Origin: a virus
Length of the DNA stretch: 64,000 nucleotides
Strand: one strand, 5' to 3'
IMG/VR virus record: IMGVR_UViG_3300048583_000198
Location: 8,443-72,442 of that record
Shown here one piece after another: positions 38,626-46,700 of the stretch; the first letter of the stretch is position 1, and every line of letters begins with the position of its first letter. The translations under genes were made by a program, and so were the position numbers. The notes under the pieces are model-generated. The model was given only the letters and a program-made list of their open reading frames with translations, was not told the origin of the DNA and searched no databases.

Positions 38626-41205
38626 TTAAGCGTAATTGCGGTCAGGTGTCAGTGTAACTGGGATGGACGAGTCCACCGCCGTCAAAGCCAAGTTCCGAAT
38701 ATAGTACGGCACGTACCCAGGCTTAAGGAACCCAATGTCGATGTTCTGCGCACCTGAGAACACAAAGCCATAGGAAGATGCTGCCAAAGCATCCCGCTGG
38801 TCAAGAATAGTCGACGTACCGGCTGTCAGAACCACAACGTCACAACCAGTCGGGAGACCGGTGAACGTCACTGTGTTCGTATCAAGCGGATACAGATTGG
38901 CAGCCTGGGCCGCACCGGTACTGTCAGTCTGCACGCGGATGTAGGTGATGGCGTTGGTGGTACTCGCCGTGTCGCAGACGATGCGGTACTTGAGCTTGAC
39001 GCCCACTGCCGGATCAATTGCGCCTACGCCGCTCAGGTTCGCCGCCGTCAGGTCGAGCCACGAGCCGTTCCAGCCAGCGCCGATGTCGTACTGGAAAAAA
39101 ATGTCGTGGTTGCCCCAGTCTGGACCAGACACATAGGTGACGTTCGTACCCGTCACGATGGGAGCAGTATTCGTGAAACCTGTAACGCCGAGCGTGAAGT
39201 AGTGCTGCTCGAAGATGATCTCATCGTTTAGCGCAGCCATCACGATCTGACCGGCGCTCGTAAATTTCGGCGTACCTGCGACAACTGTAATGTAGGCTGC
39301 TGTTTCAGCAGTCGGTTCATTCATCGGCAGTGTGATTCGGCCTACGGTGTCCGAGACAAACGCATCCCAAAAGTGCGTGCCGTAGACGGATGACTGACCC
39401 GTAACTGAAGTCGTACCGGCGCAATTCTTGGCCGTTTCATTCAGACCTGCAAGCACGATGGCGTCAGCGCCGTCACCGTACACATGCTCGTAGAGGTTGC
39501 CCTTGTCCGAGTTCACGGTGCTGATCGCGCCCGTACGGGTCGGCGTTAGGTAGCACCGCTGCACCTTCACGTTCTGGTTGTTGCCGCCAGACACGAAGAT
39601 GTATGCGGGCGCATTCGTCCCGCCTGCAAGGTTCGACGCTTTCGTGCCTGCGTTACGGAACTTGATGTTTTTTGACAGCGTGCAGTTGAACAAGCCTGAG
39701 TACGGATGACAGTTGGCAATCGCTCCATTCAACCCGAATGTCACACCATCAACAACAATGTTTTCAGATGAAGCCGAAACTTGCACCGCGTATACACCGC
39801 TGGTCGTGTTGGTTGTACCAACATAGCGATCCACATGATCAAGATCATTGACCGTGCAATCGAAGCAGGTTGTGAATGTCATGGGACCATTGAACTTACG
39901 ACAATTATTGAACGTCAGTCCTGACGACTGTGCAACAGCAAACGGCACACCGGTGCTTCGAGCAAAGGTTACGATGCCGCTTTGCACGTTGGTGAATGTT
40001 TGCCCGATGCAATACAACACTTCAAAAGCGTGGTCAGTCGTACCTGCCGAGGAGCGAGGGCAGTTCCAATTCTGGAACGTGCCACCAGCAAAGTTGGAGG
40101 TGAGCGTCACCGTACGAGCGTCGAGCGATTGGCTGCAGCCGTTGCCACCGTCGTTGATGTCGAGCGCCGTCGCACACTCCGAGATGTTGATGTAGTCGAA
40201 TGTAGCGACATGATTGAGCTTCACGTAGTACGGCTGTGCGAACAGCAAGTACCAATTGGTCATGAAGTTTTCGATGTCGATGTAACCTGCGCTCGTCGTT
40301 ACAAAGTCCACACGAGTTGCTGCGGTTGCGTTGGGAATAACGCTTGTTGCACGCGAAGCCGCAAGGGCTTCCCGACCAATCACGTTAGGGATGCGAACAC
40401 GTAACCCACTGGCTGGCACCTTACCGACTGCCGTCGTGCCGTTGTGCCCGAAACGAACGCTGCCATTGGTCTCCATGCAGACAACTTTGCTGCGGTCGTC
40501 GGTACCAAAATTCGTCGTGATCATCAAGGCCGCGTACACCGCAGGCCAGAATTCGTACACGCCAGACGCCACGCCGGTTTCTACCCAAACACCTGGAACG
40601 TAGTTGGTGGTGCTCCCGTTTGTAGGGGTCTGCATCAACTGGTTGGCACTGCCGCTTGTCGTGCCAATTTCAAACCAGTCGCCACGCACCGTGAAGTCGC
40701 CAAGGCGTGGTACTGTGATTGTCACGTTCTGGTCGTGAACCACTTCGATCCAGCCAACAACATCGACGCCATTTGCCGTTGCGCCAATACCAGATAACAC
40801 ATCGTTGTCGACATAGGCTGCATCTGCTTCACGCAGCTTGATGAAACCTGTGGTCGGCATGGCTGCACCCACAGCCGTGGGAGCACTGGTCAGCGAAGCC
40901 CATACACCAAGCAGGTATCCATTTGCACCACTCGTACCACCCGTAATGGTTGTACCAATGGCAGGCACGTTGCCGGATCCAGCATCGTAGGCAAGCCAGC
41001 GAACATTGCGGCCATCGAGAATGTAGCTGCCACCCAGGGTGGCTGAAATCGTTACGGCAGCAAGCGTCCCGGTCATCGAAGCTGGGGCATTGGCATGCCA
41101 ACGAGTATCAGAGCGAATCGTGAGCGATCCACCGTTGATAGTCATGGCTTCGCCAGCCGTCCTAGCAGCATCTTCCAAGTAGACCGGGGTGGTGATAGTT
41201 GCCAT
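38626..41205 (-). CDS. tailspike-like beta-helix protein
   Basis: 859 aa, Thr/Asn/Gly-rich parallel beta-helix-like repeats. Confidence 0.65.
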   Translation of the reverse strand: MATITTPVYLEDAARTAGEAMTINGGSLTIRSDTRWHANAPASMTGTLAAVTISATLGGSYILDGRNVRWLAYDAGSGNVPAIGTTITGGTSGANGYLLGVWASLTSAPTAVGAAMPTTGFIKLREADAAYVDNDVLSGIGATANGVDVVGWIEVVHDQNVTITVPRLGDFTVRGDWFEIGTTSGSANQLMQTPTNGSTTNYVPGVWVETGVASGVYEFWPAVYAALMITTNFGTDDRSKVVCMETNGSVRFGHNGTTAVGKVPASGLRVRIPNVIGREALAASRATSVIPNATAATRVDFVTTSAGYIDIENFMTNWYLLFAQPYYVKLNHVATFDYINISECATALDINDGGNGCSQSLDARTVTLTSNFAGGTFQNWNCPRSSAGTTDHAFEVLYCIGQTFTNVQSGIVTFARSTGVPFAVAQSSGLTFNNCRKFNGPMTFTTCFDCTVNDLDHVDRYVGTTNTTSGVYAVQVSASSENIVVDGVTFGLNGAIANCHPYSGLFNCTLSKNIKFRNAGTKASNLAGGTNAPAYIFVSGGNNQNVKVQRCYLTPTRTGAISTVNSDKGNLYEHVYGDGADAIVLAGLNETAKNCAGTTSVTGQSSVYGTHFWDAFVSDTVGRITLPMNEPTAETAAYITVVAGTPKFTSAGQIVMAALNDEIIFEQHYFTLGVTGFTNTAPIVTGTNVTYVSGPDWGNHDIFFQYDIGAGWNGSWLDLTAANLSGVGAIDPAVGVKLKYRIVCDTASTTNAITYIRVQTDSTGAAQAANLYPLDTNTVTFTGLPTGCDVVVLTAGTSTILDQRDALAASSYGFVFSGAQNIDIGFLKPGYVPYYIRNLALTAVDSSIPVTLTPDRNYA

Positions 41206-41217
41206 GTCTTGCTCTCG

Positions 41218-41952
41218 TTACCAACCGCTAGGATACCAGCTGTTACCGCCGCCACCCCCACCTGCAGCCGGAACAATCGTCGTCCCGTTGAAGTAGAGAT
41301 AGCCGGTAACACTCATCTCCGCGATGGCCGTGAGTCGCGGCGATGCTTCTTGCGACGCTTCTTGGGCGGCTTGGGCTGCTCCAAGGGGGTCGTATCTAGC
41401 ATCGGCGTCCGCTCGAGTCGGGATGGATCCAGCTGCTCCAACTCCAAGGGCTCGCTTGGTGAAGGTGTCAGCTCCGGTTTGTTCAAGGACTCCTGCCGAC
41501 GAGTCCAAAGCCGCCAACGCGCCCAGCGTTGCGTCAATGCCCTGGTACCGCGCATCACCTTCAAGGAGGACGAGGTACTGAGGGTGTGGATCTGCGAGCC
41601 CTTCATGCGCAGCCACCGCCGCAGCCGGAGCCGCCGCTGATGCGTAGAGACTCGAACCTTCAGCAGCAGTGAGGTAGTTGGGATGTGGATCCGCTGCCAA
41701 AAGATGCGCGGCCATCGACGCGGATGTTGCTCCCAGAGCTTCAAAGAGCGCCGCAGCCTCGGAGTTGGTGAGGTATTGTGCATGTGGATCACCTAGTGCT
41801 TCATGGGCTGCAACCGCAGCTGGGCCGCTGCCATCGTCGGCAGCAGCATACAGTTCTTCGAAGTTCGCATTGATCTTCTCGTACGCCTGGTCTTTCCAGT
41901 CTGTACGTTTGAAGTCGAACTTGTCGTTGATGCGAAGATAGCGTTGCGCCAT
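41218..41952 (-). CDS. short tail fibre-like protein
   Basis: AYEKINANFEELY attachment helix; three AAH....DPH..YL repeats. Confidence 0.7.
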   Translation of the reverse strand: MAQRYLRINDKFDFKRTDWKDQAYEKINANFEELYAAADDGSGPAAVAAHEALGDPHAQYLTNSEAAALFEALGATSASMAAHLLAADPHPNYLTAAEGSSLYASAAAPAAAVAAHEGLADPHPQYLVLLEGDARYQGIDATLGALAALDSSAGVLEQTGADTFTKRALGVGAAGSIPTRADADARYDPLGAAQAAQEASQEASPRLTAIAEMSVTGYLYFNGTTIVPAAGGGGGGNSWYPSGW

Positions 41953-41958
41953 GGCTGC

Positions 41959-42576
41959 TTACTTCGCAACCCAACCGGCACCGTCGTCGTCAACACCACC
42001 ATTCATGTTGTCGTACGTCCAGTTGCCTTGAGTCGTGGTCTCGGTCGTTTCGATGAGGCTACCTGCCGCACCTGGGGTGTTCGCCGTGACAACCATCGTG
42101 TCGCCAGCGCCAGCCGCTGCAGTGACAGTCGCATGCGCAACCGTACCGGTGCCATAGGTCGTACCCGCACCCGCCGTACCGTTGATGGCAGAGATGAGAT
42201 TGTCGAGAGTGGCTGAAGGATCGACACCGATGAGAACATCACCGGCTGCATTGAGCAAAGTCTGGAACAAGTACACGCGACCGTCGATGGTCACCTGCTC
42301 ACCCGCAATCGGGTTGGCACTCAGCGTGTAGGTGTTGGTCGCGGCTACCGGGGCACCCGCAGCTTCGCGGATGTACAGGGTCGTACCGGCCCCGCCGTCC
42401 TGGCGCAGATACATCGTGCCTTTGGGACCAGCCGCTGCGCCGGGGGCACCGTTGCCCCAGCTCACCTTCCCGTACAGCTCAGCGAACATCTCGTTGATCT
42501 TCTGGTAGGCCGAACGCCGGAAGTCCAAGAGATTGAAGGCAACAGGGGTAGACGCACTGAGCACTTGACGGGCCAT
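41959..42576 (-). CDS. virion appendage protein
   Basis: AYQKINEMFAELY helix; G.G.P.....GT.YLR.DGG motif; GAGG RBS. Confidence 0.65.
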   Translation of the reverse strand: MARQVLSASTPVAFNLLDFRRSAYQKINEMFAELYGKVSWGNGAPGAAAGPKGTMYLRQDGGAGTTLYIREAAGAPVAATNTYTLSANPIAGEQVTIDGRVYLFQTLLNAAGDVLIGVDPSATLDNLISAINGTAGAGTTYGTGTVAHATVTAAAGAGDTMVVTANTPGAAGSLIETTETTTQGNWTYDNMNGGVDDDGAGWVAK

Positions 42577-42612
42577 GACACACCTCAACACCGTGGCAGG
42601 AAAGCTAGGACG

Positions 42613-43296
42613 CTACTCTACCTTGTTGCCTTCAATTAGCAACGGAGTTCGATTAAGGGAGACATTAGCGACGCTTTTCACGTTTCCGCCACTTTGAATG
42701 GCGGCCAACTGACGTTGAGCCAACTCAGTCATCATGACCTGCAGTTCCTGCATGCCACCCTGGTTCTGCGTCACTTCCAGCTCGATCTTCGCGGCTTCTG
42801 GTCGCTTGATGTGGGCCAGCAGCTTATCTGCCGCCTCGGCTCGAGTGCGGGGGCTGGTATCTTCGTTCGTCATCACGTCGACCAGGGTCTTGATGGCCTT
42901 GTGCGCCTCATCCTGGTAAAGCATGTAAAGCGGGATGGTCGACTGGGCCAGCAACTTCTGGACCAGCACGCCCTTGTGGTACGCGGCGACATGGCTCGAG
43001 ATGCGCTGCTCGTCATACCCTTTGGCCACCAGTTCCTGATAGCGGTCGGCCAACGCAATGCTATACGCCTGCTGATTGTTATGGCCCATCTGCTTGAGAG
43101 ACACATACTTGATGGCAGTGGTGTACTGCTCCATAGAGTAGGTGCCCTCGCGCAAGATGTTTGCATGCGTGAGCCAATTCTCACGCACGAGATCGGCCCC
43201 GTCAGATTCGAGGCCGTTCAACATCGAGACTAGCTCCTGGGAAGCCCAATTGCGCTTGCTTCCCAGGGCTAGTTGTACCTGCTCGGTCGTAACCAT
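42613..43296 (-). CDS. N4 gp69-like protein (putative terminase small subunit)
   Basis: Y..A.KYVS.K.MG, AY.K..LV..L, R.EAA..LL.H.KRPE. Confidence 0.7.
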   Translation of the reverse strand: MVTTEQVQLALGSKRNWASQELVSMLNGLESDGADLVRENWLTHANILREGTYSMEQYTTAIKYVSLKQMGHNNQQAYSIALADRYQELVAKGYDEQRISSHVAAYHKGVLVQKLLAQSTIPLYMLYQDEAHKAIKTLVDVMTNEDTSPRTRAEAADKLLAHIKRPEAAKIELEVTQNQGGMQELQVMMTELAQRQLAAIQSGGNVKSVANVSLNRTPLLIEGNKVE

Positions 43297-43604
43297 TACG
43301 CAGGAGTTGCCGTCAGGCTGACGAGGGCACTCGGAGCGGTCGTGTCTTCGACCACAAACACAGTCTCGAGCGGAGCCGAAGAACGGCCCTTCGTGTCGAC
43401 CACGGTGCCACGGAACGTCCAGATACCGAAGTCGAGATCGGTGACAGGGATGCTGTTCACTTCCGCGCCAAACGTACCGATCGGTGCCCAGTCAGCACCG
43501 CCATTCGCGCTCACCTCGATGGCGACGTGCGCAATGTCAGCAACCGCCAGGGGCTTGCCAGACTCACGAGTGGTGGGCAGTGCCCAGGAGAGAGTGATGT
43601 TCAT
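43296..43604 (-). CDS. fibronectin type III-like protein, no signal peptide
   Basis: ITLSW.LPT.R.SG.PL, DL..G.W.FR..VVDT.GRSS. Confidence 0.75.
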   Translation of the reverse strand: MNITLSWALPTTRESGKPLAVADIAHVAIEVSANGGADWAPIGTFGAEVNSIPVTDLDFGIWTFRGTVVDTKGRSSAPLETVFVVEDTTAPSALVSLTATPA

Positions 43605-43606
43605 GT

Positions 43607-43759
43607 TCAGTTACCTTCGTGTGTTGCAGAGAGATTCTTGAGGGGACTCGGGTTCGACTTGTTCTTTCCGCGTTCAAGCCAGTTGAACAGTCGTTCCAGC
43701 GCCAGCAGCAATGTTACCCACAATCCGCCAGTGCCGCTGTCAATTTTGTACCAGACCAT
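43607..43759 (-). CDS. hidden 50-aa ORF overlapping the upstream FN3 gene
   Basis: GGAGG 7 nt before ATG 43759; MVWYKIDSGTGGLWVTLLLALERLFNWLERGKNKSNPSPLKNLSATHEGN; fills the 43605-43713 gap. Confidence 0.55.
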   Translation of the reverse strand: MVWYKIDSGTGGLWVTLLLALERLFNWLERGKNKSNPSPLKNLSATHEGN

Positions 43760-44238
43760 GTGACAGCCTCCAAGGCTACCTTGTATTTTCCATTGACCGT
43801 CTGAGTTGCATCACACACGGTACCGATCGGCACGGTGTGAGACGTAGCAACGACGGTGATGTTGCCACCCGATCTGAAGAACGTGTACACCTTGTTTGTC
43901 TTGGTAGTGAATTCAGTTGGTGCGATGGTTTTCTCCACCGTGATGAATTCACTGCGGTCGCCATCAGCGTTCACCGCTGCAAGGCTGAACCACCAGACGC
44001 CTGGAGCCAGTCCCGTAACAGTGTGAGTGAGTGGGGTAAGCGGCAAGTCGACCCGCTTCTGGCCGTACGTCATGTTGTACTTGGCCAGATTGGTGAGCAA
44101 CGTGCCATCACAGTTACGAGTAGGAGCCGTCCAAGAAAGATCGGCTGTACCGGCACGGGCAGTAAGGGCCATTGCCAACAGGACCATCCCAAGCATGCCG
44201 AACATCACACCGTGGAATACTCGTCGTACAGAAAACAT
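43714..44238 (-). CDS. secreted FN3-like protein with Cys-containing C-terminal domain
   Basis: GGAGG RBS; Sec signal ending ARA; LSWTAPT.N.DG..LTNLA.Y...YG, GLAPG.W.F...AVN..G..S. Confidence 0.75.
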   Translation of the reverse strand: MFSVRRVFHGVMFGMLGMVLLAMALTARAGTADLSWTAPTRNCDGTLLTNLAKYNMTYGQKRVDLPLTPLTHTVTGLAPGVWWFSLAAVNADGDRSEFITVEKTIAPTEFTTKTNKVYTFFRSGGNITVVATSHTVPIGTVCDATQTVNGKYKVALEAVTWSGTKLTAALADCG

Positions 44239-44264
44239 GTGAACCTCCGAATTCAGTAACAAGA

Positions 44265-44446
44265 CAGGCCCTCTGCAGAGATCGTAGCAAGGGACGCAAA
44301 GCCTCACGTTAGGATGCCCTTCTGACACATTTCCTTCCGTAAAACTCTCCACTCAGTTCCCTCCAGAGCAACGCAGGGGTCAAGCCCTTTGTCATGACGC
44401 GCTGGAGCAATCTGTACATGGGGGAGTCCATGCTGCAGAGGGCCTG
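44265..44446. repeat. 182-nt element closed by a perfect 14-bp inverted repeat
   Basis: CAGGCCCTCTGCAG at 44265-44278 and CTGCAGAGGGCCTG at 44433-44446. Confidence 0.8.
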
Positions 44447-44448
44447 AT

Positions 44449-44874
44449 TCATCTCAACGCCTTCAAGTTGATCACCGACCCTGGTTTTGTGTTCGCCGGT
44501 AGAGTGAATTCAAAGACGTTTGATCGTCCAATAGGGGCATCATCCATTCCGATAACTGTCGCAACATAGCACCAGCGTTGACCAATAGGAACGTAATTGA
44601 TTCGCCCCAGGCTCTGTCCAGCTGCGATGTTCGTGCCACCTTGCATGTCTTTTAGCAAAGCAGCATCCCTTGAACATGTTCCATACATTACCTGGGTATG
44701 CTTGAAATCCTTACGCGGCACGAGCGCAACGCCATCTGCCCAGCGAAACACAGCAGGTATCGTGACATTAACCGAAGCTGTCTTTGTCTGGGCACTACAC
44801 TTGTCCATGACGAATAGCGTCGTCAACATGATGGCTGCTGTGACGACAAATCCAAGAAAGGTAGGACTCTTCAT
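44449..44874 (-). CDS. secreted or membrane-anchored divergent FN3-like protein
   Basis: Hydrophobic N-terminus; DG.AL, YGTC, WCYVATV, RSN. Confidence 0.6.
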   Translation of the reverse strand: MKSPTFLGFVVTAAIMLTTLFVMDKCSAQTKTASVNVTIPAVFRWADGVALVPRKDFKHTQVMYGTCSRDAALLKDMQGGTNIAAGQSLGRINYVPIGQRWCYVATVIGMDDAPIGRSNVFEFTLPANTKPGSVINLKALR

Positions 44875-45086
44875 TACAGTTTTCCTGTGAGACGGATTTT
44901 CCACACTGGTTCCCATTCTGGATTGACTAGCGTGCAGAAGCCTATCGCCAGCTCCTGGATCCAGATGTTGAGCCGCATTACCGGCATGAGCCAACCAGCC
45001 CTAGGGCAAAGCTGTGGACTACCGCTGTACGGGTTGTTGATGAGCACCGGACAGAAACCAAACCAACCTTTGTGGGTGTACTTCAT
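44874..45086 (-). CDS. hypothetical protein
   Basis: Overlapping start and stop with both neighbours. Confidence 0.65.
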   Translation of the reverse strand: MKYTHKGWFGFCPVLINNPYSGSPQLCPRAGWLMPVMRLNIWIQELAIGFCTLVNPEWEPVWKIRLTGKL

Positions 45087-45280
45087 TCAGGTGCGTCCTG
45101 TTCAAACTTCCGTTGGGCCACGTTTGCCGCTGCGTAGATCGTCAGGGCTAAGGTCGACAAGGCTACGTATGTGCCGCCGTCGATTTTCCCGATGAACAGG
45201 GCTATCGCTCCCGTCACCTGAACGAAGACGCTCTGTTGGAACTTTGTGCTTTTCCAGTTGGTTGTGTCGTCCATCTTCAT
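45083..45280 (-). CDS. putative holin (two hydrophobic segments, Met-Lys-Met start)
   Basis: WKSTKF, two hydrophobic stretches, charged C-tail; GGGAGG RBS. Confidence 0.6.
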   Translation of the reverse strand: MKMDDTTNWKSTKFQQSVFVQVTGAIALFIGKIDGGTYVALSTLALTIYAAANVAQRKFEQDAPE

Positions 45281-45456
45281 CCTCCCAGACATCCCACCCT
45301 GTTCGCATGTACTTGCGCCATGCCGGATTGCTCACCCGCACTCCAGCGGTGTTGGTCTTTGCTTCCGGGAGCAACGGCGGAGCTTCAGTTTCACCCTGGT
45401 TCGGGCTTTGCGACCCGAGTTCCCCACGCCTGCGGAGCAACCCTTTGTTGGCCATG

Positions 45457-45687
45457 TCAGAGCGCATTCCACTCATCCTCGGAGCCACCACTGAATCGTG
45501 GGGCGAGGTAGAGCTTACCGTCTTTCCGCTTCACGTAGCCATGCTTTTCGAGCGTCTTGGTCCGGAGGAATGCAGCCACTGCTGTCACCTGCAGTTCCTT
45601 GCCAAGCACCGCATACGATGCGTCAACCCAACAACCCTTGCACCACTTGGCCAAGAGGTTGACGAATGCCAGTTGCTTTACATTCAC
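45457..45687 (-). CDS. small winged-helix DNA-binding protein
   Basis: SY..LG.EL.V....A......LE..GYV.R pattern; GAGG RBS. Confidence 0.65.
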   Translation of the reverse strand: MNVKQLAFVNLLAKWCKGCWVDASYAVLGKELQVTAVAAFLRTKTLEKHGYVKRKDGKLYLAPRFSGGSEDEWNAL

Positions 45688-45715
45688 GTGCTTTGTCCTC
45701 CGTTAAGGTGAAGTG

Positions 45716-45744
45716 ATTCTGCATGAGCCCGTGATATTTAGCAA
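45716..45744 (-). promoter_or_regulatory. sigma70-like late promoter at the head of the late operon
   Basis: TTGCTA-17 nt-CAGAAT; shares ATGCAnAAT with the 27943 promoter. Confidence 0.5.
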
Positions 45745-45829
45745 GAGACTTAACGTCCATTTTTTGAGGTTGAATTTTGGTCAGGTGGGAGTTTGAGAGT
45801 TTGAGACCTTCAAACTCGAAACCTCCCCC

Positions 45830-45860
45830 CCGGATTACACGTGCACTACGTGCACATCGG
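45830..45860 (+). promoter_or_regulatory. vRNAP-type hairpin promoter P1
   Basis: CCGGATTACAC GTGCAC-TAC-GTGCAC ATC GG; template-strand loop C-GTA-G; +1 at 45859 by N4 spacing. Confidence 0.7.
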
Positions 45861-45890
45861 ACCAACCTCGGTCCTTCCATGGAGTTCATC

Positions 45891-46100
45891 ATGTCCCTCA
45901 TCAAGACCGCCTTCTCTGGCATGGTCCAGAAGATGCAGCTCGAGAACGCACTGCAGCTGCAGAAGCACCAGCACCTGCGTCCTCCGCAGATCCGACTGCA
46001 GATCGCACAGGGCCTCACCGCCATCGACGAGCAGCTCGCAGCTGACACCAAGCTGAAGAAGCGCTTCGACACCATCACGCTCACGTTGCCCACAACCTGA
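45891..46100 (+). CDS. early protein 1
   Basis: GGAG RBS; first ORF after P1. Confidence 0.7.
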   Translation: MSLIKTAFSGMVQKMQLENALQLQKHQHLRPPQIRLQIAQGLTAIDEQLAADTKLKKRFDTITLTLPTT

Positions 46101-46105
46101 GCTAA

Positions 46106-46134
46106 CGGCCTTCCCTCGCAAGAGGGAAGAGCCG
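46106..46134 (+). terminator. GCAA-tetraloop hairpin after early gene 1
   Basis: CTTCCCTC-GCAA-GAGGGAAG; no U-tract. Confidence 0.5.
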
Positions 46135-46161
46135 GAATACACGTGGCCTTCGGCCACTCAG
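46132..46161 (+). promoter_or_regulatory. vRNAP-type hairpin promoter P2
   Basis: CCGGAATACAC GTGGCC-TTC-GGCCAC TCA G; template-strand loop C-GAA-G. Confidence 0.7.
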
Positions 46162-46285
46162 CGAAGCAGGACGATAGATCCTGTCTCTGGTGCATTACGC
46201 TGAGGGAAGTGAGCAGTCCGTACCAACCGCCTGTTGTACCCTTCACAGCACGTCCCAGAGTCCCTCTATCGTTCCTGTCCTTCGC
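46161..46285 (+). ncRNA. candidate early rod-like ncRNA
   Basis: GCGAAG/CTTCGC, CAGGA/TCCTG, CGATAGA/TCTATCG, CTCTGG/CCAGAG nested pairings; 5' end equals predicted P2 +1. Confidence 0.5.
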
Positions 46286-46323
46286 ATGAACACCTTTAAC
46301 GGCTGTGCCCTCTTGGGCATTGT

Positions 46324-46355
46324 CCGGACTACACATGCGCATTCGCGCACGTCGG
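46324..46355 (+). promoter_or_regulatory. vRNAP-type hairpin promoter P3 (variant)
   Basis: CCGGACTACAC ATGCGC-ATTC-GCGCAC GTC GG. Confidence 0.55.
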
Positions 46356-46392
46356 AGTGCAATCCCGCACTTCGTTTCTCTGGAGAAAGTTC

Positions 46393-46650
46393 ATGAGCAT
46401 TGGAAACATCGTCGAGAGCGCCAAGCCTGCTGGCAAGCGCGTCACCTACGGCATCCTCATCAAGGCTGGCACGTTCAGCCTGAACGAGTGGGGCCTCACC
46501 GAGAGCGATGCGAAGCAGGTGCACGAGATCCTCGTGGCCCGTAAGGACGAGCCGTTCGAGCTGAACGGTCTCACCTTCGCTCGCCGTCCGCCGTCCGACC
46601 TGTCGGCGCAGCTGGCCGCGTTCAAGGCCAAGGCTCCGGCAGCCGTCTGA
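46393..46650 (+). CDS. early protein 2
   Basis: GGAG RBS, strongly C/G-ending codons. Confidence 0.75.
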   Translation: MSIGNIVESAKPAGKRVTYGILIKAGTFSLNEWGLTESDAKQVHEILVARKDEPFELNGLTFARRPPSDLSAQLAAFKAKAPAAV

Positions 46651-46658
46651 CCGGAAAC

Positions 46659-46700
46659 AGCAGCGTCCATCCCATCACGGGGTGGGCGCTGTTGTATTTT
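46659..46700 (+). terminator. terminator hairpin after early gene 2
   Basis: CAGCAGCGTCCATCCC...GGGGTGGGCGCTGTTG followed by TATTTT. Confidence 0.65.

Noticed and set aside
45102-45491. 129-aa minus-strand ORF
   Set aside because: It overlaps the holin candidate almost fully and has no motif; the 45293-45456 gap remains unexplained.
46651-46662. CCGGAAACAG as a fourth promoter box
   Set aside because: It lacks TACAC and the triloop hairpin and is better explained as the start of a terminator.
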